Positions 49,053 through 59,142 of a stretch of 64,000 nucleotides of DNA are shown here, in pieces. A program made the translations under genes and the position numbers. How positions within the stretch are numbered: position 1 is the stretch's first letter; each line of letters opens with the position of its first letter. Under the pieces are notes generated by a model. The model did not search any database. It saw nothing but the letters and a program-made list of their open reading frames with translations, and was not told the DNA's origin. Origin of the DNA: Mayamaea pseudoterrestris (Eukaryota); NCBI GenBank assembly GCA_027923505.1, contig BROI01000004.1, forward strand, positions 682,001 through 746,000, read 5' to 3'.

Positions 49053-50215
49053 GATGGGATGGTGCTTCTATAATTTGGTCTCGCGTGGTCGTGATCCAGG
49101 AATTATCAGCTGCAGCAACAACAACAATCCCAAAGGAGCAGACTGGTTCGTTGTTGGTGTAGCGTGTGCATTGCGAACAAATTTGGTCATAGTCAAGGTC
49201 ATTGTCGGTCTAGTTGGTTGTCAGTGTGCCCCGCGGGACATGCGCCACTCCGAACCGAAGAACAAGGAAAGATTGAAGAGGCTGTTCGCTGGCCATCACC
49301 GAGGTTCGACAGACAGTGGCGGCAGCAGCAGCTCTGGGTGGTCATCCTCCAGCATGGTCTCCTCGCCGCAGGATTCTTGCACAAGGTTTGCCGCAAGGAC
49401 AGCCGACGGACAGCGACAATCGGATAACCTTTCGTCGGCGCATTTGGAGGAACAACATCATCAGACACAATGCGCCTATCAAGTTTCTGCACAAAGAGGC
49501 TCTTTTCTTCCTTCGAACAATACTGATACCATGGAAGACGGCTATGGTTTCTTCGTAGACTTTGCCGAACCAATGATTGACGAGCGACAACTATTGACAG
49601 ACTTTGGAGGGCCTCTGAAGCGGTCGTCGTCGCACCTTTTCTCGATTCGCGAAGCTTGAGAGAGTTGAGGGCTGTCTGTTACTGAGTTTGATGGTTTGAA
49701 CGAGACTGATTGAGAGAGAGAATTTTGCATTATTTGTACACTTCCCCTTCTCCTGCGTTTGTTCGCGAGAGAAACAATTCTATTCTTCAATGGCTGCACA
49801 GAAGCTGATTGATATGAGATCGCATATAATTACATAGAATTTACATTGTCATATTGATGAAGTATGTAGTTCACATGGTAGTTGCTACTCAATAGTCGCA
49901 GCTTTATGTTACAGTGCTGACTTCCCCAGGTAACGGCTGGCGAAGCGCTCGCTGCAGACAGCGAAAGAGACGGCGATATCGTGCATAGAATACTCTCGCA
50001 AACAAAGGATACCTCCCCTGCTCAGACGAATATATTGACAGGTAATTTACGGGAGACTTGCTGTGGATGGGCAATGCCTACACGTGCAATGCCCAACCAT
50101 GGAAATTATCGGTAGAAGGTGACACCTTCACGAACAAACACTGATCAATTGGCTTACAATATTCATGAAAGATGAATTTTAACCTGTCTTTTCTTGATTC
50201 TTTTGCTAGAGTAAA
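49053..50215. repeat. Direct repeat copy 1 (counterpart 56070-57763), lacking a 514-bp internal segment
   Basis: Colinear matches from 'gtgatccaggaattat' (49091/56124) to 'ttttgct..agtaaa' (50215/57763); weaker match back to 49053/56070, so ends are approximate. Confidence 0.9.
49292..49659 (+). pseudogene. 5'-deleted duplicate of the small gene at 56796-57218; possibly a chimeric ORF from 48985 or 49240
   Basis: Encodes GHHRGSTDS..YGFFVDF..HLFSIREA like copy 2 but lacks the MPRILSRSE start. Confidence 0.6.
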
Positions 50216-50799
50216 GATGATGGAAACTGAATCGGCAAAGTGTAGAGAGGAGCTATTGTGGGGTAGCTTTTTGCCGTCTTTCCAGAATGTTATATCGCAC
50301 GCGCGAATGGGCAACGTGCGGCGTTCGACTTTGTCGCCTTGATGGATCTTAAGGTACTCGCAAGAGCGCATGGCAAAGAAGACGGCAAGGCCAACTAAGA
50401 GCTGAAAATGACTGTAAGCTGGGTTGTCGGAGCGCTCCATGATAAGCTTGCGCATTAGGGACATCGGGAGCGCCATTTGATGACGTGTAGACGGATCCAA
50501 ATTCTTGTAGCCTTTGTAGAGTCGCTCGAGCACTAGGAACGTGTCGCCTCCTTCGTTTTTGCGGGGATCTGGATGCCGGCGGCTTTAAAGGCCTTAGCCA
50601 CACCATTGATGGTGGACTGGACAGATCCGGCAACCAAGAAGGGATTGCCGTTGCGTGGCGCTGAGTAGGCGCCGTTTCTGACGGATTGGACAAAGGCAAT
50701 GAAGAGGATGAGGCGTTGTGAGTTGCAGACCTCGAGGAGGAACGGATCCGTGGCAAAACCAGCTCTTTCAGAGAACTGTATCCAACGGTCCCAAGCCAT
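50210..50799 (-). pseudogene. Tyrosine recombinase, frameshifted near 50533 and truncated near 50210
   Basis: 'WDRWIQF..DPFL..VQSTINGVAKAF' then 'YKGYKNLDP..ALP..FFAMRSCEY..DITF..SVSIIF'; no downstream HxxR/Y motifs. Confidence 0.8.
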
Positions 50800-52553
50800 G
50801 TCTTCTCTAGCGTGTGTGGCGCGTGTGACTCCGAAGAACTCGTTGTGAGCCGCATTAAGGAGGAGAGCGCGAACGTAATTCTGCTCGGTAGACGACGCAC
50901 GCGAAAGGACGCCGGTACCTGTGATGCCAATGAAGGAATAGAGAGGATATGGGAGGTGAGATCGGCGTTTGAACGGTCCATATCACGTGATATCAAGTCG
51001 GGGACCACGTTATCCAATCCCATTCGCCACTGCGAGTTGCAGCAGATTCCGTATTCCAAGCAGACGGCGGACAACAGCCTCGCTAACAAGAGCGTTTGAG
51101 GACTGGCTGTTTTGTCTGAAAAGTTGGATCGACGCAACCAAGCTGCTGCAGTTGTATTGTCGCCGATTGCAAGCACGCAGTCCCCTGGATTGAGGCGTCC
51201 TTCGAAGGCGGCGAGCCAAATGCCGACGACGAAACCAAGGAACTCGTAAAAGTTAATGTGCTGCGGCTTTGCGCCTTTTGGAACGCGCCATCGCCATCCT
51301 CGTCCATCCAAATCGTAGCCGCCAACTTGATACATGCAAGCGTCCGTAAGGATAAAGGCGTCGGCAAGGCGAGTGACAATGGTGTTGATATCCACGCCAG
51401 CGTGCGCAGTCGCAAGGAGCTCCAAGCAGGCGAACAAATCGCGGCGTTCTGCTCGAGATAGACGAGCTCGCTTGTACTTTGCACCCTCTGCTCGTTGCTT
51501 TGCCGAATGGATCCTGCCGAGGCAATGGCTCATGGCTGTGACGACGACTGAAACGTGAACTAGTCGTCCGTACAGCGTGTTGAGGATTGCAAGAGGAACG
51601 ACGTGTCCTTCCTTGGTCAACAGCGCTCGAATATCCTCCGTATAGAGGCGATACTTGTCCTGTGGGAGGCGAATGATAAGCGTGCGAGTATCAATCTCCC
51701 AACCAAGGACCACTTGAATCTCTGTTAAACACCCTTCTGCAATGAGCTTGGAGACTGCAATTAAAGCGTTTCGCGGTAGAGGTTCGTCGGCACGCTCGGG
51801 GCGACCAAGCACATCAAGTAATAATGGGATGGCATGAGCACCACGGATCAATGCGTCGTTACTAGTATGGACAATGACGCCAAGATGATCATCAAGAAAG
51901 ACGTCAAAACAAGGGCTGCCATCAACAGGGATCATAGCACCAACTGCCATGGGGCGAGATGTTGCAAATGGTGTTGATGGCGTAGGATACACGACTGGTT
52001 CCACGCTGATGTTGGCATTGAACCTGGATTGGAGTGTCGCAGGGTGCCAGTTGCCGTCGCGGACAAGCTGGTTCGCCGCGTCTGTGACTAGTTCCGAGAG
52101 GTCACTGAAGACCGTTGGGCATGGCGAGCCACCGAAAGTCATGCGAAGGGCAATGAGCGCCAGCGTGGAGTTGGGTGTGATGCCTTTTGTGGTGGTTGCC
52201 GCTTGGACAAGTGTTTCGATGCCAAAGTGACAGTTCTTGTAGGCCGATTTCCAGTCATACTTGGGTAAATAGATCGCTTCCTGTTTATACTTGTCGCGTG
52301 TTGCAATGATGCGATGTAAAAGGTGTTTCAAAGCAAAGCCATAAAAGACTGGTGGTAGATCCTCTTTACGGACTCGTTTATTGACAGAGGTGCCAGCGTG
52401 GAGGCGGCAGAACGTTTGATCGTGCGTAATGCGACCAGCCTCCTTGCGGGATCCATCTGCCTGGAGCTTGAGTTGCTTAACGTATCCAAATGGAGCCACA
52501 GAAACGTTGGGAATGAGTATGTGAGTCCTTCGACTGGAAGAGGCAGATGCCAT
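50349..52553 (-). CDS. Reverse transcriptase - RNase H (pol); N-terminal part continues upstream to about 52900 in broken frames
   Basis: RT motifs 'KYDWKSAY', 'MTFGGSPCP', 'FLDD' (51888-51899), 'LGWEIDT'; RNase H 'TDAC', 'HINFYE', 'GDNTTA', 'NVVPDLISR'. Confidence 0.9.
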   Translation of the reverse strand: MASASSSRRTHILIPNVSVAPFGYVKQLKLQADGSRKEAGRITHDQTFCRLHAGTSVNKRVRKEDLPPVFYGFALKHLLHRIIATRDKYKQEAIYLPKYDWKSAYKNCHFGIETLVQAATTTKGITPNSTLALIALRMTFGGSPCPTVFSDLSELVTDAANQLVRDGNWHPATLQSRFNANISVEPVVYPTPSTPFATSRPMAVGAMIPVDGSPCFDVFLDDHLGVIVHTSNDALIRGAHAIPLLLDVLGRPERADEPLPRNALIAVSKLIAEGCLTEIQVVLGWEIDTRTLIIRLPQDKYRLYTEDIRALLTKEGHVVPLAILNTLYGRLVHVSVVVTAMSHCLGRIHSAKQRAEGAKYKRARLSRAERRDLFACLELLATAHAGVDINTIVTRLADAFILTDACMYQVGGYDLDGRGWRWRVPKGAKPQHINFYEFLGFVVGIWLAAFEGRLNPGDCVLAIGDNTTAAAWLRRSNFSDKTASPQTLLLARLLSAVCLEYGICCNSQWRMGLDNVVPDLISRDMDRSNADLTSHILSIPSLASQVPASFRVRRLPSRITFALSSLMRLTTSSSESHAPHTLEKTWLGTVGYSSLKELVLPRIRSSSRSATHNASSSSLPLSNPSETAPTQRHATAIPSWLPDLSSPPSMVWLRPLKPPASRSPQKRRRRHVPSARATLQRLQEFGSVYTSSNGAPDVPNAQAYHGALRQPSLQSFSALSWPCRLLCHALLRVP

Positions 52554-53819
52554 CCTTTTGCAGTCTCTTCTTACGTGTCGAGTACTGCGCGTTCCGTTTT
52601 TGCTGACTTGTGATTCCCATAATCGACCATGGCGTTGAGCTCTTCAATGCGCGTTTCCTCGAGAGGATCGAGAGGAAAAGCCACGCCTGTCGAGAGTGTG
52701 CTGCGAACACGCGGCCGTTAGGGTGGCCGGAAGATTGGATCGAGTAGTTCCACTGGGCGAAAGTTGGATCCCGGACAAGTTGGCAAATCCTTGTTACAAG
52801 AGCAAGTGGCGCAAATCCATGTCGTTGGCTTGGAGAATGGATAAATTGAACTGGCAGCTTCGGCGTAATTTCAAAACGGAATGGCGGCGGAAGTAAAGGC
52901 GGTGGCAACCACTGAGCGCTTGGAGGATGGACTGCAGCCAGGTGTCGTCGGTGACGGCCAAGGAGCGAAGGTCGATCAGTCCTGGATCGACTAGTTCAGT
53001 CGATAAAGCGAGTCCAATTGATTGTGTAGTGGATGTGGCGTTAACGTGGATGTTAATTGGGACGTTTGGTGGGTTTGTTGCGGACTCGTCCTGAACGGAC
53101 GAAGGGATTCGAACAGTCCATTTGAGGACTCGTTGAAAGGAGGACTTACTCATTTCGTTTGATATGGAAGAAGGGTGCAGGAAAGTGGACATCGGATGCT
53201 TATGTTTAATCCGTTTAGTTGCTGGTTCATTCTTTGTTGTTGTAGCGGCCGATCCGTTTGTGTCGCCGTCGTCTGCCTCCTCCTCTGAGTCGTCTCGCTC
53301 GGTACGAGCAGCGAGGCGACGCGCAGTCCAGGCAAGTTGATGTTTGCGCGCTGGTGTGAGCTGGCGTGATGGCGAGGCAAGGATTGCGGGAGCGACTGTT
53401 GGAGCGTTGATTGCAAACGTTGGCTTGGTAGGCGTCGTGGCGACTGTCGTGGTTGCCGTCGAGTCTGTAGCATGGCTTGTTGATGCCGCGGACTGATGAT
53501 TAATGGAATGAACACTGGAGGTGGCAGAGTCGTCGTCGGAGGAGGATGACTCGTCCTCGATGGTTGCTGTTGCTGTTGATGAAGTGAGTGAATCAACTTG
53601 TTGTTGGAGACGTTGCCATTGATTGTGAAGTTGACGCAGCCTTGGAGAGGTCGCAGTGGCTGCCGGTGGGGCATGGACGTGTTCGTTGATGTTGTTGTTG
53701 ACGAGTCGACTAGTAGCGTTATTGTAGGGATTGGAACCTTGTGCTACTAAGTTATTGTCGCCGTAACTAGTAGAGGCTCCTCCAGCATGATCATCCGCCG
53801 ACCATGTGGAGGATCCTCC

Positions 53820-56066
53820 TCAGGACTCGTCTTCATCCGCGGCCGCTGGTGGGTTGGCGTCTCCATTGGGATTGGCCGCTTGAGCAGCGATAAACGCTTC
53901 GAGTTTTACTTTATCTTGAGGGCGCAATGGACCATGCATGTTTTGACAGATGCGGTAACGGCATTCGCCGCGAAGGTAGTAGTTCAAGCAAGGGCGGCCT
54001 GCCTTGTTGCCGATCTTGATCCGAGGGCTGCGACGGAAGCTGCCTGGAGGACAGAGGCTTTGATACGTATGCCCTGCTGGGATATCCAACTTGTTTGGAT
54101 TGATGCGAGCTTGAAATTGGCGAGCTCCTGCGCCACCTTCATCGCCGGTCTTCGCTTGCTTGATTACAGGAGGAGAGGCTCCTCCTGGTGGCTGGCCGGC
54201 GCCACGTTTGGCAAAGCGATGCGATGGAAGGCGCTCGAGCAGGAAGGATGGAATGGTGCAAAGGATGCTTGAAAAGCCGCAGTCCAAGTACTTGTCAAGG
54301 GTTTCCAACTCGTCGAGGCGAGTAGGGTCGAAGATGGCGTCCTTGAAACAATGGTTGAGGAAGATGTTGATCTTGGTGTCGATCGTGTTGGCGAACTGAG
54401 CGATGGCGTCAGGATCTTGATTCTGCAACGTTTGCATCTTGTCAATGCGATTCGCTAACGTGGAAGCCAAGGAGCGAATCTTTTGAGCGATGAGGGTGGA
54501 TGTGCCGCTGGTTGGAGAGAGGCCAGCGAGTACGTCAAAGTAAACGGCGTACTTGAAGAGGCCACGGACGAGCGCGTTGCCATCGGATGGAAACTCCCAA
54601 ACAATGTCGCCAGCAATCTTCTTCATGGTAGATCCTTCAACTTGATTGTTGGCTAGAGCTTGGCGATCGCAAAGGTCATCAGTAGAATGAACGACAACAA
54701 GACGTAAATTGAGGAGGAGATGTTCATGGTTGAGTCCCGGTTCGACGCGGGATGTCCGTGAGCGTGCGCAGCGACACCCCTTTGCCAACAACAAACTCAG
54801 CATTGTAGGCGCTCGCAAGCTTGCTTCAACAACGAGTGAGCCACATCTTTCTTGGACGCAAAGAAGTTTGTGTGAAACTCTGAAGGGTTCGACGCCATCG
54901 ATGCATGCCGCTAGGCGACGTATCATCAGTTGGTTTTCGGGAAGGAGCTTGGAGAAACCAGTTGACGACGACTCGCCTGACTTATACTTCTGTTCAATCA
55001 AAAGACGTTGGTTCTCATCGACGCGCTTGCGCTCTTCGTCGCGGCGTTTAGTTTCCTCGGCGTGGCGCCGTTCTCGATTGGCGGCGAGCTTGTCCTTCTT
55101 GGCATGAACTTTCGTGATCTGCGCAACTGATGTCATTAACGTCGCCAACATCGACCGAAGTTGGTTATTATTGTTCAAGTCAATAGGTGGTTGGTTTTTA
55201 GGATCCTCGTCGCTGTCGACGTCGGAGTCGTCGTCCGTTCGTGGTGTTGAGATGGCTGGTGTTGACGCAGCTGCCGTGATTCCTGCGAGCTTAGTTGCTT
55301 CGAGCAGATCCAACGTGACGTCTTCCGGGATGGTATTGGACTCAAGGGTGACTGGAGCTTTAGGCAGCTGATGGAGGATACTGAGTTCAGGTTTGGAAGG
55401 CTTCGTTGTCGTGAGGCGGACGCCCCACCAAAGCAGTTGAATGAAGGGGAAACACGACTGGATGAGCTTGTCGGTAGGGACTTGCTTGTCAAATTGATCC
55501 GGCCACGTCGCCAAGGTTGACATAAAGGCTGAAAGGATGCCTTCAATGTCGTATGGACCGTGCTTGGCAATAGCCTCAATGGCAAGTGGCGGGATGGGAA
55601 AACAGGCGGACGAAACAAGAGGCGTCGAAGCGTTGGTTTCGAGCTTGAGCAATTCCTCGAGGACTGGACGCTCCAAGTTCTTCAAATCGAACAGAACCTC
55701 GCCCAGAGGCGTGTAGACAGGCGTCGCCTTGTTGGTAACAAGCTCAAGAGTCTTGACGTCAATCAAAGTGACCGGAGCGGAAGCCTTGTGACCGAGGAAG
55801 GCAAACAACGTTGACGCGTTGCGAGGGTTGCTTTGATCCTTGGGAGCGAACGTGAAATGGTGAGCCACATGCACTCCAATCTTGTCTCCATCAAAAGAAA
55901 TGAGAGCAACTGGAGTCGCGGGAGTTGCAAAGAGCTTCTCCAATGAGCTCTCGACCTTGTGCTCTTGGAACGTCATGATGGTTTGAGCGAGTCCGTTGTA
56001 GAGCGGAGGAAGAACGCGGCGGTTGCGACTCGGGTCCGAGTAGTAGGAGAGCCAGTTGGAAGACAT
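53820..56066 (-). CDS. Gag-like ORF1 with C-terminal CCCH zinc finger
   Basis: 'CLNYYLRGECRYRICQNMH' (C-x8-C-x4-C-x3-H, 53934-53990), a central coiled coil, and position upstream of pol. Confidence 0.75.
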   Translation of the reverse strand: MSSNWLSYYSDPSRNRRVLPPLYNGLAQTIMTFQEHKVESSLEKLFATPATPVALISFDGDKIGVHVAHHFTFAPKDQSNPRNASTLFAFLGHKASAPVTLIDVKTLELVTNKATPVYTPLGEVLFDLKNLERPVLEELLKLETNASTPLVSSACFPIPPLAIEAIAKHGPYDIEGILSAFMSTLATWPDQFDKQVPTDKLIQSCFPFIQLLWWGVRLTTTKPSKPELSILHQLPKAPVTLESNTIPEDVTLDLLEATKLAGITAAASTPAISTPRTDDDSDVDSDEDPKNQPPIDLNNNNQLRSMLATLMTSVAQITKVHAKKDKLAANRERRHAEETKRRDEERKRVDENQRLLIEQKYKSGESSSTGFSKLLPENQLMIRRLAACIDGVEPFRVSHKLLCVQERCGSLVVEASLRAPTMLSLLLAKGCRCARSRTSRVEPGLNHEHLLLNLRLVVVHSTDDLCDRQALANNQVEGSTMKKIAGDIVWEFPSDGNALVRGLFKYAVYFDVLAGLSPTSGTSTLIAQKIRSLASTLANRIDKMQTLQNQDPDAIAQFANTIDTKINIFLNHCFKDAIFDPTRLDELETLDKYLDCGFSSILCTIPSFLLERLPSHRFAKRGAGQPPGGASPPVIKQAKTGDEGGAGARQFQARINPNKLDIPAGHTYQSLCPPGSFRRSPRIKIGNKAGRPCLNYYLRGECRYRICQNMHGPLRPQDKVKLEAFIAAQAANPNGDANPPAAADEDES

Positions 56067-56069
56067 CTT

Positions 56070-57763
56070 GATGGGAGGAAGACTTAAAAATCTATAATTA
56101 CTGGTCTCGACGGGAGACTCGGGGTGATCCAGGAATTATGAGCTGCAGCAACAACAACAATCAAAGGAGCAGACTGGTTCGTTGTTGGTGTGTTGCGTGT
56201 GCATTGCGACCAAATGGTCATCCACGATCAAGGTCATTGTTCCGGATGACCACGACTAGTTCGGAGTTGTCAGTGAATGCCCCGCGGGACATGCGCCACT
56301 CCGAACCGAAGAACAAGGAAAGATTGAAGAGGCTGTTCGCTGCGAACGCCGCTGGCGTGGCTTGAAGGAACTTGGAATCCTGAAAGCACCACCTCTCATT
56401 TCGACCAATCCAGAATCCCAAAACGCCATCGCCAAGATCGAGCGAGCCAACTTATCGCTCCGGCACTCACTTTCCGCTGCGCTGTTCGATGACGTGGCTG
56501 AATTTGAAGCTTTAACGCGAAAGGGTGCATCGGCACGCTCGTTGCGGCAGCCAATGGAAACGCTGCAAATGGCCACGCAATGCGGTCAACGGTTCACGAA
56601 AGCGAAAGACATGGACCCTCCAAGATGGCGATTGCTTCCGATGGTGGCGCGTCATGGTCGTTCCTCCGATTTCCATCAACGAGCGACAAATCCTGCATGC
56701 GGCCAAAGGATCCATTTGTCAATTGCAAAATAGCAAGTGCTTCATCGCATACAACTACTTCTTGTCTAGTCGAGCAGTGTCTGTCTCGTTTTGTCATGCC
56801 TCGCATCCTGAGTCGATCCGAACCTCTTGGTCTTCGCAAAAGCTACAGCTACCTTGGCCATCACCGAGGTTCGACAGACAGTGGCGGCAGCAGCAGCTCT
56901 GGGTGGTCATCCTCCAGCATGGAGTGCTCGCCGCAGGATTCTTGCACAAGGTTTGCCGCAAGGACAGCCGACGGACAACAATCGAGTAACTTTTCGTCGG
57001 CGCATTTGGAGGAACAACAACATCAGACACAATGCGCCTATCAAGTTCCCGTCACAAGAGGCTCTTTTCTTCCTTCGCATACAGATACCTTGGAAGACTC
57101 GTATGGCTTTTTTGTAGACTTTGCCGAACCAATGATCGAGGAGCGACAACTATTGACAGACTTTCGAGGGCCCTTGAAGCGATCGTCGTCGCACCTTTTC
57201 TCGATTCGCGAAGCATGAGAGAGTTGAAGGGTGAATTCCACTGAGTGTGATGGTTTGGGCCAGATTGTTTTCACCATAGTGATTGAGAGAGAGAATTCTG
57301 CATTTGTACACTTCCCCAGCTCCTGCGTTCTGTGTTTGTTCGCAAGAGAAACAAGTCTTATTGTTAAATGGCTGCTCAGAAGCTGATTGATATGAGATCG
57401 CATATAATTACATAGAATTTACATTGTCATATTGAAGTATATTGTTCACATGGTAGTTGTAGCCTTACGTTGCAGTGTTCAGTCGCCATGCAACGGCTGG
57501 CGCAGCGCTCGCTGCAGACAGAACGAAAGAGACGGCGAAATCATGCATAGATTACTTTCACGAACAGAAATATTCACATGTTTAAGACGGGGAGACTTGC
57601 TGTGGATTGGCACTGCTTGCGAAAGCATCAAGTGCAATGCATACCCATGGGAGACTGCCTGTTGAAGGTGACAACCTCGACGAACGATCACAAGGACAAG
57701 TAGCTTACAGAATTTATGAGCAGTGGACTCAATCTGTATCGTTGATACTTTTGCTGCAGTAAA
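56070..57763. repeat. Direct repeat copy 2 (long form)
   Basis: See copy 1; additionally contains 56343-56856. Confidence 0.9.
56796..57218 (+). CDS. Small Ser-rich hypothetical protein (140 aa)
   Basis: ATG at 56796; frame is preserved between the two copies, with only whole-codon indels. Confidence 0.6.
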   Translation: MPRILSRSEPLGLRKSYSYLGHHRGSTDSGGSSSSGWSSSSMECSPQDSCTRFAARTADGQQSSNFSSAHLEEQQHQTQCAYQVPVTRGSFLPSHTDTLEDSYGFFVDFAEPMIEERQLLTDFRGPLKRSSSHLFSIREA

Positions 57764-58000
57764 CATTGACCACTCTGTCTGGTTTTGGCGATGGGGTTAG
57801 CTCGATTCGTGCCGGGTCACTACTTTCCTGTCGCACTGAGTACCGCTCTGCGTTTGCGGTCATGAAACCGTCGCTCGACGAAAGGCAAACAGCAAGGAAC
57901 CTTGTGTGCATTGCATCCTTGGCTCGTGCTATCTTACTCGCAACTTTGAAAGCACTAGAAAATGGCTCACCAACCAATCTCCGATGGAAGTAACAACGCC

Positions 58001-58821
58001 ATGTCGAGCGTACTGGGTCTATACAGCAGCGCGTACGTTTCAGTTGCTGTTGCTAGCATGCAACGGTCATTTCCGCACTCGAATTAACCGTTTGATATTG
58101 TAAAATTACTTGATTGACTCATACTGACTCATCATTCTCTTGCAATAATATAATATTACAGCAAGGAAAAGTGGGATGCCAGTGGCGCCAACGAGGCCGT
58201 CGGCCGCTTGAATGCCTCGATACCCGACTCGACCAGAACGCTGGTCAGTTCCATGTTCAAGCGAGAGCACTTGCGGTCAGTTTCGGTAGTCTTTGGACTT
58301 GGCGAGGAGCGTCCATTCTACGTGGAAAAGACGCCGTCGCTGCTGGTGGAGCGGCTGCGTCATAATATGGTGTTCTTCTACTTGAACTACATGTTCATTA
58401 CGGCCATTTTGTTTTGCTTGACGCTACTGATTAGTCCGGGAGCGATTATTGGAATTGGGCTCTTGGCCATGGCGTGGGTGGCGCTCATTCGGGCATCGCA
58501 GAGTGGTTCTTTGAGGATTGGAAGTACGTAGCAGGACTTGTGTGATGATTGATTGCCACCTTTGAACGACTTCACCTCACTTTGTATACAGGCATTTCAA
58601 TTCCACAAAAGACAGCAACCATTGGCATGGGTGGCGTATCGATATTTGTACTCTTGTATATCTTGTCGAATATCTTTTGGTGGACGCTCTTTTCGTCGGG
58701 TTTTATTGTTGCGGCGCACGCCTTTTTGCGAGATGCGTCCATGCACAAGGATTTGGACGACGCTGTTGCCATGGAGGGAGACTTGAACTTGGGCGAGGAT
58801 GCAGCCTTTTTGAATGCGTAA
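58001..58821 (+). CDS. PRA1: PRA1 family (prenylated Rab acceptor); introns 58033-58161 and 58524-58591
   Basis: 'RLRHNMVFFYLNY' and 'AHAFLR'; GTACGT..CAG introns keep frame. Confidence 0.88.
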
Positions 58822-59142
58822 ATGGATATCACTATGTTTAAAGGCCGAGGCACTACTGACAACTAGGTTCATGTTTACTTTTCGGGCGAGGTGATTGCTA
58901 AGCTTGAATATATGAAAGTATCAAGCACTAACATCTACAATATAGGAAAAGTGTATGGTCCCTAGTCGACACTCTATAAAACATGTATGTAAACAAACAT
59001 TATTGTCACTGATGTGAATGTTGGAAATTTCTGGCAGCACAACACAGGTATGATAGCTAACCCGCGGTCGACTTAGTGTTGCGGGTTACTTCACAATGCC
59101 GCTCCTCGCGATCATTATTTTGATCAACCATGATCCATCACC

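Larger units (their letters stand above)
50216..56069 (-). mobile_element. Tyrosine-recombinase retrotransposon (Ngaro/DIRS-like), degenerate and 3'-truncated
   Basis: Order gag(CCCH) - RT - RNase H - overlapping YR; no DDE integrase or protease motif seen. Confidence 0.88.

Noticed and set aside
53150..53674. Pro/Gln-rich minus-strand ORF between gag and pol as a separate gene
   Set aside because: Low complexity; more likely a degraded pol leader or spacer.
49053..57763. Copia/Gypsy LTR retrotransposon interpretation
   Set aside because: No integrase or protease motifs, no TG..CA termini seen, and a tyrosine recombinase is present.
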